IMG/VR virus record: IMGVR_UViG_3300015203_000010
Location: 1-54,037 of that record
DNA: 54,037 nt
From: a virus
Lineage: Duplodnaviria; Caudoviricetes
Reading direction: 5' to 3' (one strand)
Shown here: one piece after another, positions 1-9,092 of the stretch
How positions within the stretch are numbered: the first letter of the stretch is position 1
Layout: each line of letters begins with the position of its first letter
Notes under the pieces: generated by a model
What the model saw: only the letters and a program-made list of their open reading frames with translations
The model's database searches: none
Told to the model about the DNA's origin: nothing
Made by a program: the position numbers and the translations under genes

Positions 1-29
1 GGGGGGGTAGTGCAAAAATGTCACACTCT

Positions 30-135
30 ATATAGCTTTTTACTTACTATTAGATATATTAGATATATTAGATAGATAGTAGAATCAATGACTTGCAAGA
101 TTAGACAAAATTAGATAGGCTTAGATAATTTAGGC
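30..135. repeat. AT-rich TTAGA(T) iteron-like repeats with IHF-consensus site; putative replication origin
   Basis: TTAGAT at 50, 59, 68, 111 and 121, TTAGAC at 101, TTAGG at 130; AATCAATGACTTG at 83-95 matches WATCAANNNNTTR. Confidence 0.45.
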
Positions 136-155
136 AACAGCAAAAGGGACAAGAG

Positions 156-350
156 ATGACTGAAATTACGATTAAAACGGTAAGCTATGATACAAAAGCT
201 GGCGAAGTTTATATGGAATGGATTGACGAAACTGAGGTTATTATTGAATTGCGCTCATTCGATGAAACCGAAAAGTTGTATCACTCTGTTGTTATTCTCG
301 GCAAAGCTCAAATCGAGCAACTAATGGGGTTTTTAAAAGCTGGAGCCTAA
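156..350 (+). CDS. hypothetical protein
   Basis: 64-aa ORF with purine-rich RBS upstream. Confidence 0.6.
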   Translation: MTEITIKTVSYDTKAGEVYMEWIDETEVIIELRSFDETEKLYHSVVILGKAQIEQLMGFLKAGA

Positions 351-384
351 TTGTGGGGATAATTAAAATAGTTTGGATTAGGGA

Positions 385-412
385 TTGACAGGAAATTTAA
401 AAGGAGTAGGTT
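385..412 (+). promoter_or_regulatory. sigma70-like early promoter
   Basis: TTGACA-16 nt-TAGGTT in intergenic AT-rich DNA. Confidence 0.5.
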
Positions 413-616
413 AAGGATACAAACAACGGGAGCTACAAAATGCAAATGGGACTTATCAAATATAAAGTTATTAAAAGCAATAACGAATGGCTTGTTTTAT
501 CTTACCGGACGAATAAGTTGCAGTCGTCACATAAAACAAAAGAAGAATCTGAAGAAGCGGCTCAATCCTATGTTGCTGAAGATTACCTGTCATATTAAAA
601 TTCTTTAAAACACCGC

Positions 617-644
617 TTGACTACGGTTTGGATTAGTGTATGGT
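617..644 (+). promoter_or_regulatory. sigma70-like early promoter
   Basis: TTGACT-16 nt-TATGGT, intergenic. Confidence 0.5.
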
Positions 645-1045
645 TAGAACATCGAAATGAGGGAGAGAGAAGATGAATACAAATGATAGACCGGAGTATA
701 GCACTAACGAGTTACTGAAGCTGGCTCTTACAATGTTAGATGTTGCGAGAGAAAATCAAGTTGAGCGTAAGCGTAATTAAAATTGGTTGGTTAAAAATAC
801 AACGCTAGAAGTTATCAGGGCACGGGTTGCTGCAAATAAAGGTAAAGTAAAATGACCAAACGCGAACTTTCAAAATGGGACTTTGAAGCTCTTGATCATT
901 GTTTCGCTGAATATCTCAAAACGAATAGAGCTACAAACTTTCGTATTGAAGAACTCAAAGACCTATTCGCAAAAGCTCACACAGGTTGGTTAGAGATTGA
1001 GGAAGATTGATTGGCAATAATGCCGAATAACTCAAAATAAAGGAA

Positions 1046-1342
1046 ATGAAAATGCTGAATATGTTTAGCTTTGCTCGTCTTGTGAGCTATATCACAAAAA
1101 TTTCAAATGTGTTGCCGTCGCAAGTTGAAATTACTGACATTCATGCGATGGTTACTAATTGTTTGCCGGAACAGTCGCCAACATCGCGTTGCGATGATAG
1201 CGAGCTTCACAATTTGTTGTCTGCAATGCAAGTCGGTAAGAAGATCGAAGCCATTAAGGCGCATCGTTCGTTGACTGGTTACGGCTTGAAGGAAAGCAAA
1301 GACGCTGTTGAAAAGTATTGGTTTACTCGTCAACAGGATTAA
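1046..1342 (+). CDS. ribosomal protein bL12 (L7/L12) C-terminal-domain protein
   Basis: C-terminal GKKIEAIKAHRSLTGYGLKESKDAVE matches the bL12 CTD signature KI.VIK.VR.ITGLGLKEAK..VE; AAGGA RBS. Confidence 0.8.
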   Translation: MKMLNMFSFARLVSYITKISNVLPSQVEITDIHAMVTNCLPEQSPTSRCDDSELHNLLSAMQVGKKIEAIKAHRSLTGYGLKESKDAVEKYWFTRQQD

Positions 1343-1375
1343 GCTATAAATATCAAATCTTCACAAATAAAGGAA

Positions 1376-1561
1376 ATGACTCAAATGACTGTTATCAAGC
1401 TTGGAAAAAAGAAGAAATCTTACAAGTCGATTAAGGAAGCTGCTGAAGCTGTCGGGTTATCGTATATGGTTTATTATATGCGATTGCGCGCTGGTAAGAA
1501 TCCGGCGCAGGCTTTGAAGGCTCCGGTTCGTCCCTATCATCGCAAAGCGATTGCCGCGTAG
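1376..1561 (+). CDS. small HTH/NUMOD1-like DNA-binding protein
   Basis: YKSIKEAAEAVGLSY...RL pattern, basic; strong RBS. Confidence 0.6.
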   Translation: MTQMTVIKLGKKKKSYKSIKEAAEAVGLSYMVYYMRLRAGKNPAQALKAPVRPYHRKAIAA

Positions 1562-1620
1562 CCTTGCAAAACCCCTTGCCTGAGCGATAGTCTTTGGCGA
1601 GGGGTGCAACGGGGTCCGAA

Positions 1621-2007
1621 ATGGATTTAAAACGCTCAGTGATCGTCCTAGGGCTTTTTCTGGTTATCTCGCCAGCTAGTGCCCGCGATTTGGGCCAATG
1701 GTCCGATTCGGCTGTTGCCGAGTGGTTCCGTAGCCTGATGCAACCGGACGCGCCTATGGTGCCGTGTTGCGGCGAGGCTGACGCCTATTGGGCCGATAGC
1801 TTTGAAACCGATGGCGACAAATTCGTTGCGATTGTAACCGATACTAGGGACGATGGCCCGCTGCATCGCCAGCATATCGAGCCGGGAAATCGCGTCACGA
1901 TACCGAATGCCAAATTGAAATGGGATAAAGGCAATCCAACAGGTCATGGGATATTGTTTATCGGTGCCGGTGGTGTATACTGCTACTTGCCACCAGGATT
2001 AATTTAA
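1621..2007 (+). CDS. secreted Cys-containing protein (CCGEAD motif)
   Basis: signal peptide ...SPASA|RD; CCGEADAY, GNPTGH and YCYLP motifs resemble a Rhizobiales hypothetical family; ATG 1621 preferred over TTG 1594. Confidence 0.65.
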   Translation: MDLKRSVIVLGLFLVISPASARDLGQWSDSAVAEWFRSLMQPDAPMVPCCGEADAYWADSFETDGDKFVAIVTDTRDDGPLHRQHIEPGNRVTIPNAKLKWDKGNPTGHGILFIGAGGVYCYLPPGLI

Positions 2008-2156
2008 ATGAAACCTAAGCTCGATTTACAAACTCGCAAGAAATTGAAAGCTTGGGTCACACGTCGCACAAGACGTGTTACCGATAATGGAACGGTAGTG
2101 ACTGAAAAGCGGACGAAAATAACTTTGCCGCATTATTCGATACAGGATGAAAAGCA

Positions 2157-2381
2157 ATGATTAAAATATCCAATCAAATTTTAAAATCTGTTGACGGATG
2201 GATGCGTTATTGGGGTTGGTCACATATTGAAAATGGTGCGTGTAAGTATGATGAAGATGGTAGAATTATAGCTCGTCATGGCGACGGTGTTTGGAATAAA
2301 GATGTGACTTGCGCTATCTTAATATGCGAGCGCGATGATTTTAATAATCAATTAATGGATGAAATTGAAAGAACTCTTTAA
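2157..2381 (+). CDS. hypothetical protein
   Basis: tightly packed ORF in early array. Confidence 0.55.
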   Translation: MIKISNQILKSVDGWMRYWGWSHIENGACKYDEDGRIIARHGDGVWNKDVTCAILICERDDFNNQLMDEIERTL

Positions 2382-2567
2382 ATGATCGAAACCATTGCCC
2401 GCGCCATCGCACCGCTTGCCTGGGCAAGAATGGGTAATCATGCGGATAAAGTTTCGTTTAAGATTGACCGGCTCAGATCGTTGGTGCAAGCTAAGGCTGC
2501 GGTTAAGGCGATTAAGTTGATTCGAGCTACTGAGAAAGGTAGCAAAGAGTTTGATGAATTTAAATAG
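2382..2567 (+). CDS. hypothetical protein
   Basis: abuts previous stop. Confidence 0.5.
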   Translation: MIETIARAIAPLAWARMGNHADKVSFKIDRLRSLVQAKAAVKAIKLIRATEKGSKEFDEFK

Positions 2568-2572
2568 AGGGA

Positions 2573-2809
2573 ATGAGAATGACTAAGATAGACTGCCCCC
2601 ATTGCGGCGGCGAAATAAATACAAAATCCGAAAACAAAAAGAAATCCACAGGGACGGTTAATCCTTATGGGCATCCGTTCCCACATGCCAAACTTTACAA
2701 TGTTAAGATTGCACCACGTCTTTTAAATCCTAAAGGTGGCGCGGTCGTATTAATTCCTAATGACGATATTCGGAACTATTCGATTAGCGGCAAGGTTCCG
2801 GGCAAATGA
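2573..2809 (+). CDS. hypothetical protein with CxxC
   Basis: CPHCG; GAGG RBS; ATGA overlap with next gene. Confidence 0.55.
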   Translation: MRMTKIDCPHCGGEINTKSENKKKSTGTVNPYGHPFPHAKLYNVKIAPRLLNPKGGAVVLIPNDDIRNYSISGKVPGK

Positions 2810-2988
2810 TTTCCCCTCGCCTTGTCCTAGCCGTTCGCGTTGGCCGCTGCGAGCTAGAAGCCGGTCGCCAGATAACTTTCGATTGCGCGAATCAGGGGAA
2901 CGCGGTAAAGTTTCTTAGCGTTTGCTTTCCTGGTGCGGTCTTTGAATTGATTGGTGAAAGCAAGATTAGGATTTGGGGTAGGAAATGA
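2806..2988 (+). CDS. hypothetical protein
   Basis: ATGA-coupled on both sides. Confidence 0.5.
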   Translation: MISPRLVLAVRVGRCELEAGRQITFDCANQGNAVKFLSVCFPGAVFELIGESKIRIWGRK

Positions 2989-3401
2989 GAAAATTTAGTA
3001 TTGTTGTGATTCTGTTTTTGGTAATGATCGCGCCTGCGTTAGCTCAATCTCTTATGCTTGACGGGAAACTACGAGAACCGTTTGATGCGGTTTTTAGCAC
3101 CAAGTCTGCCAGCGTCATGATGACCGGGCAGGTCCACATCACGACTACGCCAGAAGAAGCCGCTAAAGAAGCTGCCGAACAGGTAAATATTGATTGCGAC
3201 AAACTTGTTGCTGGCGCTGGCGCTGGAGTCACCGTATATACAATGGAGTTTGATGTTCACCTTGTTGCGCTAAATAATTATAAATGGTCTGTATTTTTTA
3301 AACCTAATGGCGAAGTCATCTATGAAAATATCACACCCTCAGAAAGTGCAGACAGATATTTTCGTGCTCTAGCGCGCGAGCTTTCGTGTAAATCAAAATA
3401 G
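2985..3401 (+). CDS. putative secreted protein
   Basis: MRKFSIVVILFLVMIAPALA|Q signal peptide; two Cys. Confidence 0.65.
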   Translation: MRKFSIVVILFLVMIAPALAQSLMLDGKLREPFDAVFSTKSASVMMTGQVHITTTPEEAAKEAAEQVNIDCDKLVAGAGAGVTVYTMEFDVHLVALNNYKWSVFFKPNGEVIYENITPSESADRYFRALARELSCKSK

Positions 3402-3410
3402 GAATATAAA

Positions 3411-3770
3411 ATGACTACAGCAGCCGACATAATTGATGGAACGTTTGGTTATCGTTCCGTTGAACTCACAATCCCCATTATCGACGGCTGGCCTGTCACC
3501 CTCGACGCAAAACAAGTTGGCGACTTGGCCGTTCACCACTTAGCCGATGAATGGCGAGTTACTCACGTCCCCACATTGACAAGTTTTCATAAGGCTATTC
3601 CAAAAGGTGATTGGAACGAAGCCCAACTTTTAAATTGGTGCGCCAAGGTTCAAGCCGATAAATTAGCCGATTGGGCGTTGCTTCGTAGCTTGACAAAAGA
3701 TAATTATAAAGGCATGTTTGAAGCTAAGCGAAGCGTGTTAGAGCATTGCTTAGGAGTTGATGTAATTTAG
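3411..3770 (+). CDS. hypothetical protein
   Basis: 119-aa ORF, AGGA RBS. Confidence 0.65.
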   Translation: MTTAADIIDGTFGYRSVELTIPIIDGWPVTLDAKQVGDLAVHHLADEWRVTHVPTLTSFHKAIPKGDWNEAQLLNWCAKVQADKLADWALLRSLTKDNYKGMFEAKRSVLEHCLGVDVI

Positions 3771-3846
3771 TCCTCGATAGAGCAACCGGATAGCTCGACG
3801 TTCTTCTAAAACGCAGTTCCTGGTTCGAGTCCAGGTCGGGGAGCCA
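3771..3846 (+). tRNA. tRNA-Arg(TCT)
   Basis: acceptor TCCTCGA/TCGGGGA, D stem GAGC/GCTC, loop CTTCTAA, T arm CCTGG-TTCGAGT-CCAGG, encoded CCA. Confidence 0.9.
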
Positions 3847-4319
3847 AATAATTTAAAATGGAGAATGCAAAATGTCATGGATTTTAATAGCAATTGTTAG
3901 CGGCTCAATCGTTGTAAGCGGCCACGATACTAAGGAAGCTTGCCTAGGCCGAATAGCTACTTTGAGCGAACAAAAAATCAACGCGAAGTGTGTTGAAGCG
4001 CCGAGCCATTATTGGGTGACACCTACAATAGGAAATATCAAATGACTAACGACAAAATCAAAATCATCGCATGGCAAGTTTTTAGCGTCATTCTCTTGAC
4101 GCTGTCAATCGTCTTGGGATCGTTGATCGGGACAGCAGTTATTTGGGGATTGCTCCGATGGTAGCAACAATCTTTTACCTTTTGCTTTATATCTTTTTTG
4201 GTACTCTGGGAATTATAGCCGTTGTTTGTATTGTTGACGAGATTTTAAAATGCAAATGAAATTCAATTCAAAGACCCAACAATTCTATTACGGATATAGC
4301 TGGTACGATTACATTCCGT

Positions 4320-4571
4320 TTGTCGGGAATTTGGTGTTGTGGTGGCGACGTGCTCCCTCCCGGTAATCGCTGGCTCTATGAATATTATTGCGGCTTGCCT
4401 TTGAAAGAGATTGCTGCAAAACAATTTGTATGCAGTTCGGCAATTAAGGATAGAATGCAGCGGGCCGGGTTGCCAATGCGACCGAGAGGTAGCTTTCACG
4501 CGAATGTCAAAGCTCGCTGGCTAAAGAGGCAAGACGTTAAGATGCTTAGAAGGATATTTAAAAATGTCTAA
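4320..4571 (+). CDS. HTH-like protein (start uncertain)
   Basis: GLPLKEIAAKQFVCSSAIKDRMQRAGLPMR pattern. Confidence 0.45.
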   Translation: MSGIWCCGGDVLPPGNRWLYEYYCGLPLKEIAAKQFVCSSAIKDRMQRAGLPMRPRGSFHANVKARWLKRQDVKMLRRIFKNV

Positions 4572-4956
4572 AGCCCCTTCCCCTGAAGCATATGCTGCGA
4601 GTGGTTCGGAATATGCCGAGCAAGTAGCGTTAATGATGTGGGCAGCATCCAGTAAAATTCCCGAATTGAAATGGCTTGTCGCTATTCCAAATGGTGAATA
4701 TCGAAATAAGGCTACGGCTGGTAAGCTCAAGGCGATGGGTGTTCGGGCCGGAATGCCAGATTTATTTCTTGCGATAGCTCGTCATCCTTATCCTGGTTTA
4801 TGGATCGAGCTAAAGAAGCTCAAAGGTGGAAAGGTTTCACCTGACCAAGTGATTTGGCTTGAACATTTGGAGCGGCAAGGGTATAAGACTTATGTTTGTT
4901 ACGGCTGGATCGAAGCTAGAGACGCAATTTTAAAATATTTAAAATATGGGGAATGA
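4564..4956 (+). CDS. VRR-NUC domain nuclease
   Basis: E..EQ, AIPNG, GVRAGMPDL, WIELK, VSPDQ..W motifs. Confidence 0.9.
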   Translation: MSKAPSPEAYAASGSEYAEQVALMMWAASSKIPELKWLVAIPNGEYRNKATAGKLKAMGVRAGMPDLFLAIARHPYPGLWIELKKLKGGKVSPDQVIWLEHLERQGYKTYVCYGWIEARDAILKYLKYGE

Positions 4957-5364
4957 ATGCTTAACTTTTGGACAAATCCAAAAACATTGGCCGATGCTGA
5001 AAAACGGTTTGTCGAAGCTAAAAATTGGCTAGACGCGGTACATATTAAGATAGGATTAGAAATGGATAATCGTTCTACACAAGAGCGATATAATCGTTTA
5101 ATGTCTGTTGGTGTTGAAAAGGAAAATAAACAAATGACTAGAGAAGAAGCTATGGAAAAATGTTTTGCTACATTAGCTGGTGAAAAAATGAAAGCTGGCG
5201 ACATTGTAGTTCGTCAATTAATCAATATGCTCGAAGCCCTCGGTTTGATTAAGTTTGAGGAAGAAAAAATAATTACTAAGACAGACGATGCAATTGTTGT
5301 TGGAAAAATGGATAATCTCAATCACATGCTAGGTATCATTGGCTATAAAATTGTAAAGAAATGA
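4957..5364 (+). CDS. hypothetical protein
   Basis: 135-aa ORF abutting VRR-NUC. Confidence 0.55.
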   Translation: MLNFWTNPKTLADAEKRFVEAKNWLDAVHIKIGLEMDNRSTQERYNRLMSVGVEKENKQMTREEAMEKCFATLAGEKMKAGDIVVRQLINMLEALGLIKFEEEKIITKTDDAIVVGKMDNLNHMLGIIGYKIVKK

Positions 5365-5425
5365 AAATCATCTACTATCCTATCGCAATTTATGTTATAA
5401 TTTTAATTATGGTTATGCTTACGAA

Positions 5426-5623
5426 ATGACTAAATTCATAATTCAAAAATCTCCTGACGAACAATTATATTTTAGTTTGAGTTATCCAGATATTGAATGG
5501 ACTGGCAATAAGGAGATTGCTATTCATTATTCGTCAAAGTATGCAGCTAGACGGCACATGCGAGATATTGAATTGCCAAGCGAAGCCTTGGTTGTTAGTA
5601 AAGATTTAACGATTGTTAGGTAG
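5426..5623 (+). CDS. hypothetical protein
   Basis: ORF in early array. Confidence 0.5.
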   Translation: MTKFIIQKSPDEQLYFSLSYPDIEWTGNKEIAIHYSSKYAARRHMRDIELPSEALVVSKDLTIVR

Positions 5624-5720
5624 GTTGTTGGGGTAGGAAATGGAGAGGCAAAATGGCTATTGAATTTCTCAGATTTTCAATCATCATAGGGTTGGCTTTA
5701 TTCATCGCGCAAACCTTGGA

Positions 5721-5954
5721 ATGGGTGTTCGGATGACTAATCCTTTTGCATGGGCACCTGGATCAGAGCCAAAATATTTCGTTTGGGTTAACGAAAAAGG
5801 TACACCTTACCCACAACTTTGGTATGGTGAACGCGAAAAAATCCCTAGCGTTTTGTTCATCAAAAGGCTAGAACCAAAACACGAATCACTACCGTTCAAT
5901 GAACTTGTAAAATTGTTTCCCTACACTCCACCTAAACAGGAAAATGAGAAATGA
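5721..5954 (+). CDS. hypothetical protein
   Basis: ATGA overlap with next gene. Confidence 0.5.
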   Translation: MGVRMTNPFAWAPGSEPKYFVWVNEKGTPYPQLWYGEREKIPSVLFIKRLEPKHESLPFNELVKLFPYTPPKQENEK

Positions 5955-6208
5955 AAAAGCTAATCCTAATCGCTATTTTGCTTTCGACTTCCACCGCGTT
6001 CGCTCAGCAGGAAAAAGAATTTACCCTTAAGCTTAAGGGGTCGCAGGTTCAATTGCTTGGCGAAGCACTTGGCCTAATGCCTTATGGCAAGGTTGCTCCG
6101 TTTATGGGTGAATTGCAGCAACAGATTAATGCTCAGAATGTTGAGACACCTGTAGCGCCTCCCGCTGTGTCAATACCGGCACCGGCACCAGGGCCTGAGA
6201 AGAAGTAA
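5951..6208 (+). CDS. small secreted protein
   Basis: MKKLILIAILLSTSTAFA|QQ signal peptide, helical core, Pro-rich tail. Confidence 0.7.
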   Translation: MKKLILIAILLSTSTAFAQQEKEFTLKLKGSQVQLLGEALGLMPYGKVAPFMGELQQQINAQNVETPVAPPAVSIPAPAPGPEKK

Positions 6209-6232
6209 AATTCAAATTTAAAATAAAGGAAA

Positions 6233-7423
6233 ATGACAATGAAATATGTTTTGCGGACAATTTTAACAATAGTATCCATCCTTGGTTATGGTTGGATTAA
6301 TTATTTGCTTAAGCCTGTAGCCACTCTTGGCGCTGGCAAGATAGCTGCTCGCCAATTTGACGCTAGTGATTTGTCCTACGCCGTCTCACAGTTTGGCGTA
6401 GACTTTTTCAGTCATCTTGGTATTCCGTTTGTTATCTTGGTGGCAGTTTTGGCGCTCATTTGGTGGAAGCCGGTCAAATCAATCTTAGCTCCTGCGCTTG
6501 TCGCTATGCTAATTTTAGCTTTGCCGTTGCCGTCGCGAGCGTATTATGATAAAACGGACTACACGGAAGCCTTCTTCATTCTGCCAAACGAAAGCGCCTT
6601 CTATGTGCCTGATGTTGGCGACAACAAATCATCGCAGGCCAAGTTTGGCTCGGAACAATACTACCAGGAGAATAAGATCGCGGCGAAGCGGTTTGTAATC
6701 CCGCATGTAAAGCTTGAAGGCTCCAGCCTTTGGAGCAATTTCTATGTTCCCGCTGGTCGTCTTTTCGTTCTGAGCCGTTCGCCGGTTAGCCTCGAATGGG
6801 TTGCTGACCCAAAGAAGGGAAGCTCGCCCGTTAATGAAGCTTTCCCATGTCAGTCGAGGGAAGGGTTAAACATCACGGTGGGAATGGCTATCGGCGTCAG
6901 TGTTCAAGATGAAAACGCCGCTAAATATCTCGCACACTTTGGCATTGAGCCTCTTAAGGGCGACCGTTCCACACCGGAAGTAACGTTTACGTCAATCATG
7001 ACAGCCCGCACACTTTTTAATGTTATGACAACGGTAGGCCGCAATAAGGTGCAGGCATTAGTTTGCAACGAGCTTACCAGCCGTTCTTTCGACGATGGTA
7101 ATACTCAGGCGCTACAAGTTATGCAGAATGTGAAGGATGCCGCGACAAAATATTTTGATAGCGTCGGCATAACGCTTGAATACCTTGGTTGGGCAGACAC
7201 AATGACCTTCGACAAAGATATTCAAGACGCGATCAATCATCGCTATGCCAATGAAAAGATACGTCCTGTGCTAGACGTTATGACCACAAAAGCCCAACTC
7301 GACACCATGCAGAAATGGAACGGCGTTGTACCTAGTTTTTCCGGCTTGTGGTTACTGCCGCATAGTATGATTGATGCTGTTACTAACTGGTTTACTACTA
7401 AAGCGGCACAGCCAGTCAAATAA
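6233..7423 (+). CDS. SPFH/Band-7-like membrane protein
   Basis: N-terminal TM helices; CQSREGLNITVG and GITLEYLG...FDKDIQDAIN motifs typical of phage SPFH proteins. Confidence 0.7.
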   Translation: MTMKYVLRTILTIVSILGYGWINYLLKPVATLGAGKIAARQFDASDLSYAVSQFGVDFFSHLGIPFVILVAVLALIWWKPVKSILAPALVAMLILALPLPSRAYYDKTDYTEAFFILPNESAFYVPDVGDNKSSQAKFGSEQYYQENKIAAKRFVIPHVKLEGSSLWSNFYVPAGRLFVLSRSPVSLEWVADPKKGSSPVNEAFPCQSREGLNITVGMAIGVSVQDENAAKYLAHFGIEPLKGDRSTPEVTFTSIMTARTLFNVMTTVGRNKVQALVCNELTSRSFDDGNTQALQVMQNVKDAATKYFDSVGITLEYLGWADTMTFDKDIQDAINHRYANEKIRPVLDVMTTKAQLDTMQKWNGVVPSFSGLWLLPHSMIDAVTNWFTTKAAQPVK

Positions 7424-7449
7424 CAATACCTTTAAATGGAGCAAAATAA

Positions 7450-7635
7450 ATGTGGATCACTCTAACGCTATTCGACGGCAAACCAGTTAGAGTAAATATG
7501 AATCAAGCGTTGTCTTGTTGCGCTGACAAAGACTTTACGGAAATTGATTTTGGTTTTAGTGTCTATAGGGTTAAGGAATCACCTAACCAAATTGCTGAAG
7601 AATTGAACCCGGCACCAAGAGGCGGCTGGAAATGA
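7450..7635 (+). CDS. small FlbD-like hypothetical protein
   Basis: WITLT..DGKPVRVN...YRVKES..QI pattern; GGAG RBS. Confidence 0.5.
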   Translation: MWITLTLFDGKPVRVNMNQALSCCADKDFTEIDFGFSVYRVKESPNQIAEELNPAPRGGWK

Positions 7636-7789
7636 CCCATTCCCTTTCCGCTTACAAAGATGGATTTTCTTGGATTGTCTTTTGCAAAGAGTGTGGGTTA
7701 GAAAATCCTGAAGGACAGCCTTGCGTTCCTTTGGTGGAAAAGTATCATAAGCGCGAAGTCGAAAAGGTAGCGTTTAAATCTGGATTACC

Positions 7790-7818
7790 TTGACATTAAT
7801 CCACTAACGTAATAATTT
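7790..7818 (+). promoter_or_regulatory. sigma70-like promoter with overlapping inverted repeat
   Basis: TTGACA-17-TAATTT; TGGATTA (7781) and TAATCCA (7797) flank the -35. Confidence 0.55.
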
Positions 7819-7865
7819 CTAGCTGTTGGGAATGGTTCCTAATAGAAATTAAAAGGAAATGAATA

Positions 7866-8504
7866 ATGGCAAAGAAGCCGAAATCTTCCACAATTAATGT
7901 TGCTTTTCTTGAGGCTATCGGTAGCGGTGAAATTACCCACATTTCACAGCCTGATGGCCAGCCGCTTGTCGATCACTCGCCCGCTCTTATCCAGGTCAAC
8001 ACAGGCGATCTTGACGAAAACGGCGCAGCCGCTTGTCGGTTGACTGAAGCGGGTAAGGCTTACATCGCTGGTGGTGCGGCTCCTGTCGCCGCTTCAAAGT
8101 ATGAAATCATTACTGGCGCGGTGCTGCCTCCTTCCAAGCGTGGCAATCGCGGCGGTGGTGCGCCGACTCAGTATCCGTTTGATGCTCTTGAAGTCGGACA
8201 GACTTTCTTTGTGTCGAATGATGACAAGCCTAACGCCGTCAAGAAGCTTGGCTCTACCGTTTCTAGCGCCAATGCTCGTTACGCGGAACCGACTGGCGAG
8301 ACCAAGACCGTCATGCGTACTAAGCGCGGTCCTGGTAACAAGGCCGTCAAGGATTTGCATACTGGTGAGAACGTCAAGGAACAAAAGAGTGTGCCGGTTA
8401 AGAAGGCTACTCGCAAGTTCACCATCCGGCCTGTGACAGCCGGACAGGAATATGGTAGCTTTACCGCGCCTGCGGACGGTGCGTTGATCGGACGGATTCT
8501 CTAA
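7866..8504 (+). CDS. putative phage DNA-binding protein (YPFDxLEVG family)
   Basis: KRGNRGGG...YPFDALEVGQTFFV motif, basic; own promoter and terminator. Confidence 0.7.
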   Translation: MAKKPKSSTINVAFLEAIGSGEITHISQPDGQPLVDHSPALIQVNTGDLDENGAAACRLTEAGKAYIAGGAAPVAASKYEIITGAVLPPSKRGNRGGGAPTQYPFDALEVGQTFFVSNDDKPNAVKKLGSTVSSANARYAEPTGETKTVMRTKRGPGNKAVKDLHTGENVKEQKSVPVKKATRKFTIRPVTAGQEYGSFTAPADGALIGRIL

Positions 8505-8515
8505 GGTAGTGCGTA

Positions 8516-8550
8516 CCCTTCCCGGCGAAAGCCGGGGAGGGATTTAATTT
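8516..8550 (+). terminator. rho-independent terminator
   Basis: CCCTTCCCGGC-GAAA-GCCGGGGAGGG followed by ATTTAATTT. Confidence 0.7.
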
Positions 8551-8564
8551 GAAAGAAAATAAAA

Positions 8565-8792
8565 ATGACTGAGCCTCCCAATATGAATGGGCCTGAATCG
8601 GCTCCGCTTCGCAATTACATAAAGTCTTACGCTATAACGCTAAACATTTATGATGGCGAGGATAATCTAGTTAAGACTGAAAATCTCGATTACGGAAACT
8701 TCGAGCATAAGAAGTTTTTGGGTCGTTTAAGTTTTTGGGCCTGGGATTTGGGCTATACCGTCGAGACAATGGCTTATAAGAAGGTTGAATAG
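8565..8792 (+). CDS. hypothetical protein
   Basis: 75-aa ORF ending at tRNA start. Confidence 0.6.
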   Translation: MTEPPNMNGPESAPLRNYIKSYAITLNIYDGEDNLVKTENLDYGNFEHKKFLGRLSFWAWDLGYTVETMAYKKVE

Positions 8793-8869
8793 TCCCCATA
8801 GCCCAATCGGTAGCAGGCAAAGAACTTAAAATTCTTACAGTGTCAGTTCGAATCTGACTGGGGACACCA
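8792..8869 (+). tRNA. tRNA-Leu(TAA), short variable loop
   Basis: GTCCCCA/TGGGGAC acceptor, AAGAA-CTTAAAA-TTCTT anticodon arm, GTCAG-TTCGAAT-CTGAC T arm, A73, CCA. Confidence 0.9.
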
Positions 8870-8885
8870 AATAAGGAATGAATAA

Positions 8886-9092
8886 ATGAAACACCACAAA
8901 TTCTCAGGCTCGCAGGCCATCGCTTCAATTAGGCACGATCCTTCCGCCAAGGTTTTAACCGTCAGTTTTCACTCAGGTTCTAGCCATGACTTTGCTGAAG
9001 TACCTGAAGAAATATTTGACGCGATGAAGGTTAGTGAGAGTGCGGGAAAGTTTTATCATAGTGAAGTGAAAAATAAATATAAGCCGGTTTAG
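8886..9092 (+). CDS. KTSC domain protein
   Basis: S.AIASI..D....LTVSF..G......VP...F......S.GKFY...VK..Y pattern. Confidence 0.85.
   Translation: MKHHKFSGSQAIASIRHDPSAKVLTVSFHSGSSHDFAEVPEEIFDAMKVSESAGKFYHSEVKNKYKPV

Noticed and set aside
8792-8869. Ochre suppressor tRNA or genetic-code reassignment
   Set aside because: Loop CT-TAA-AA gives anticodon UAA (Leu), not UUA; core genes translate intact in the standard code
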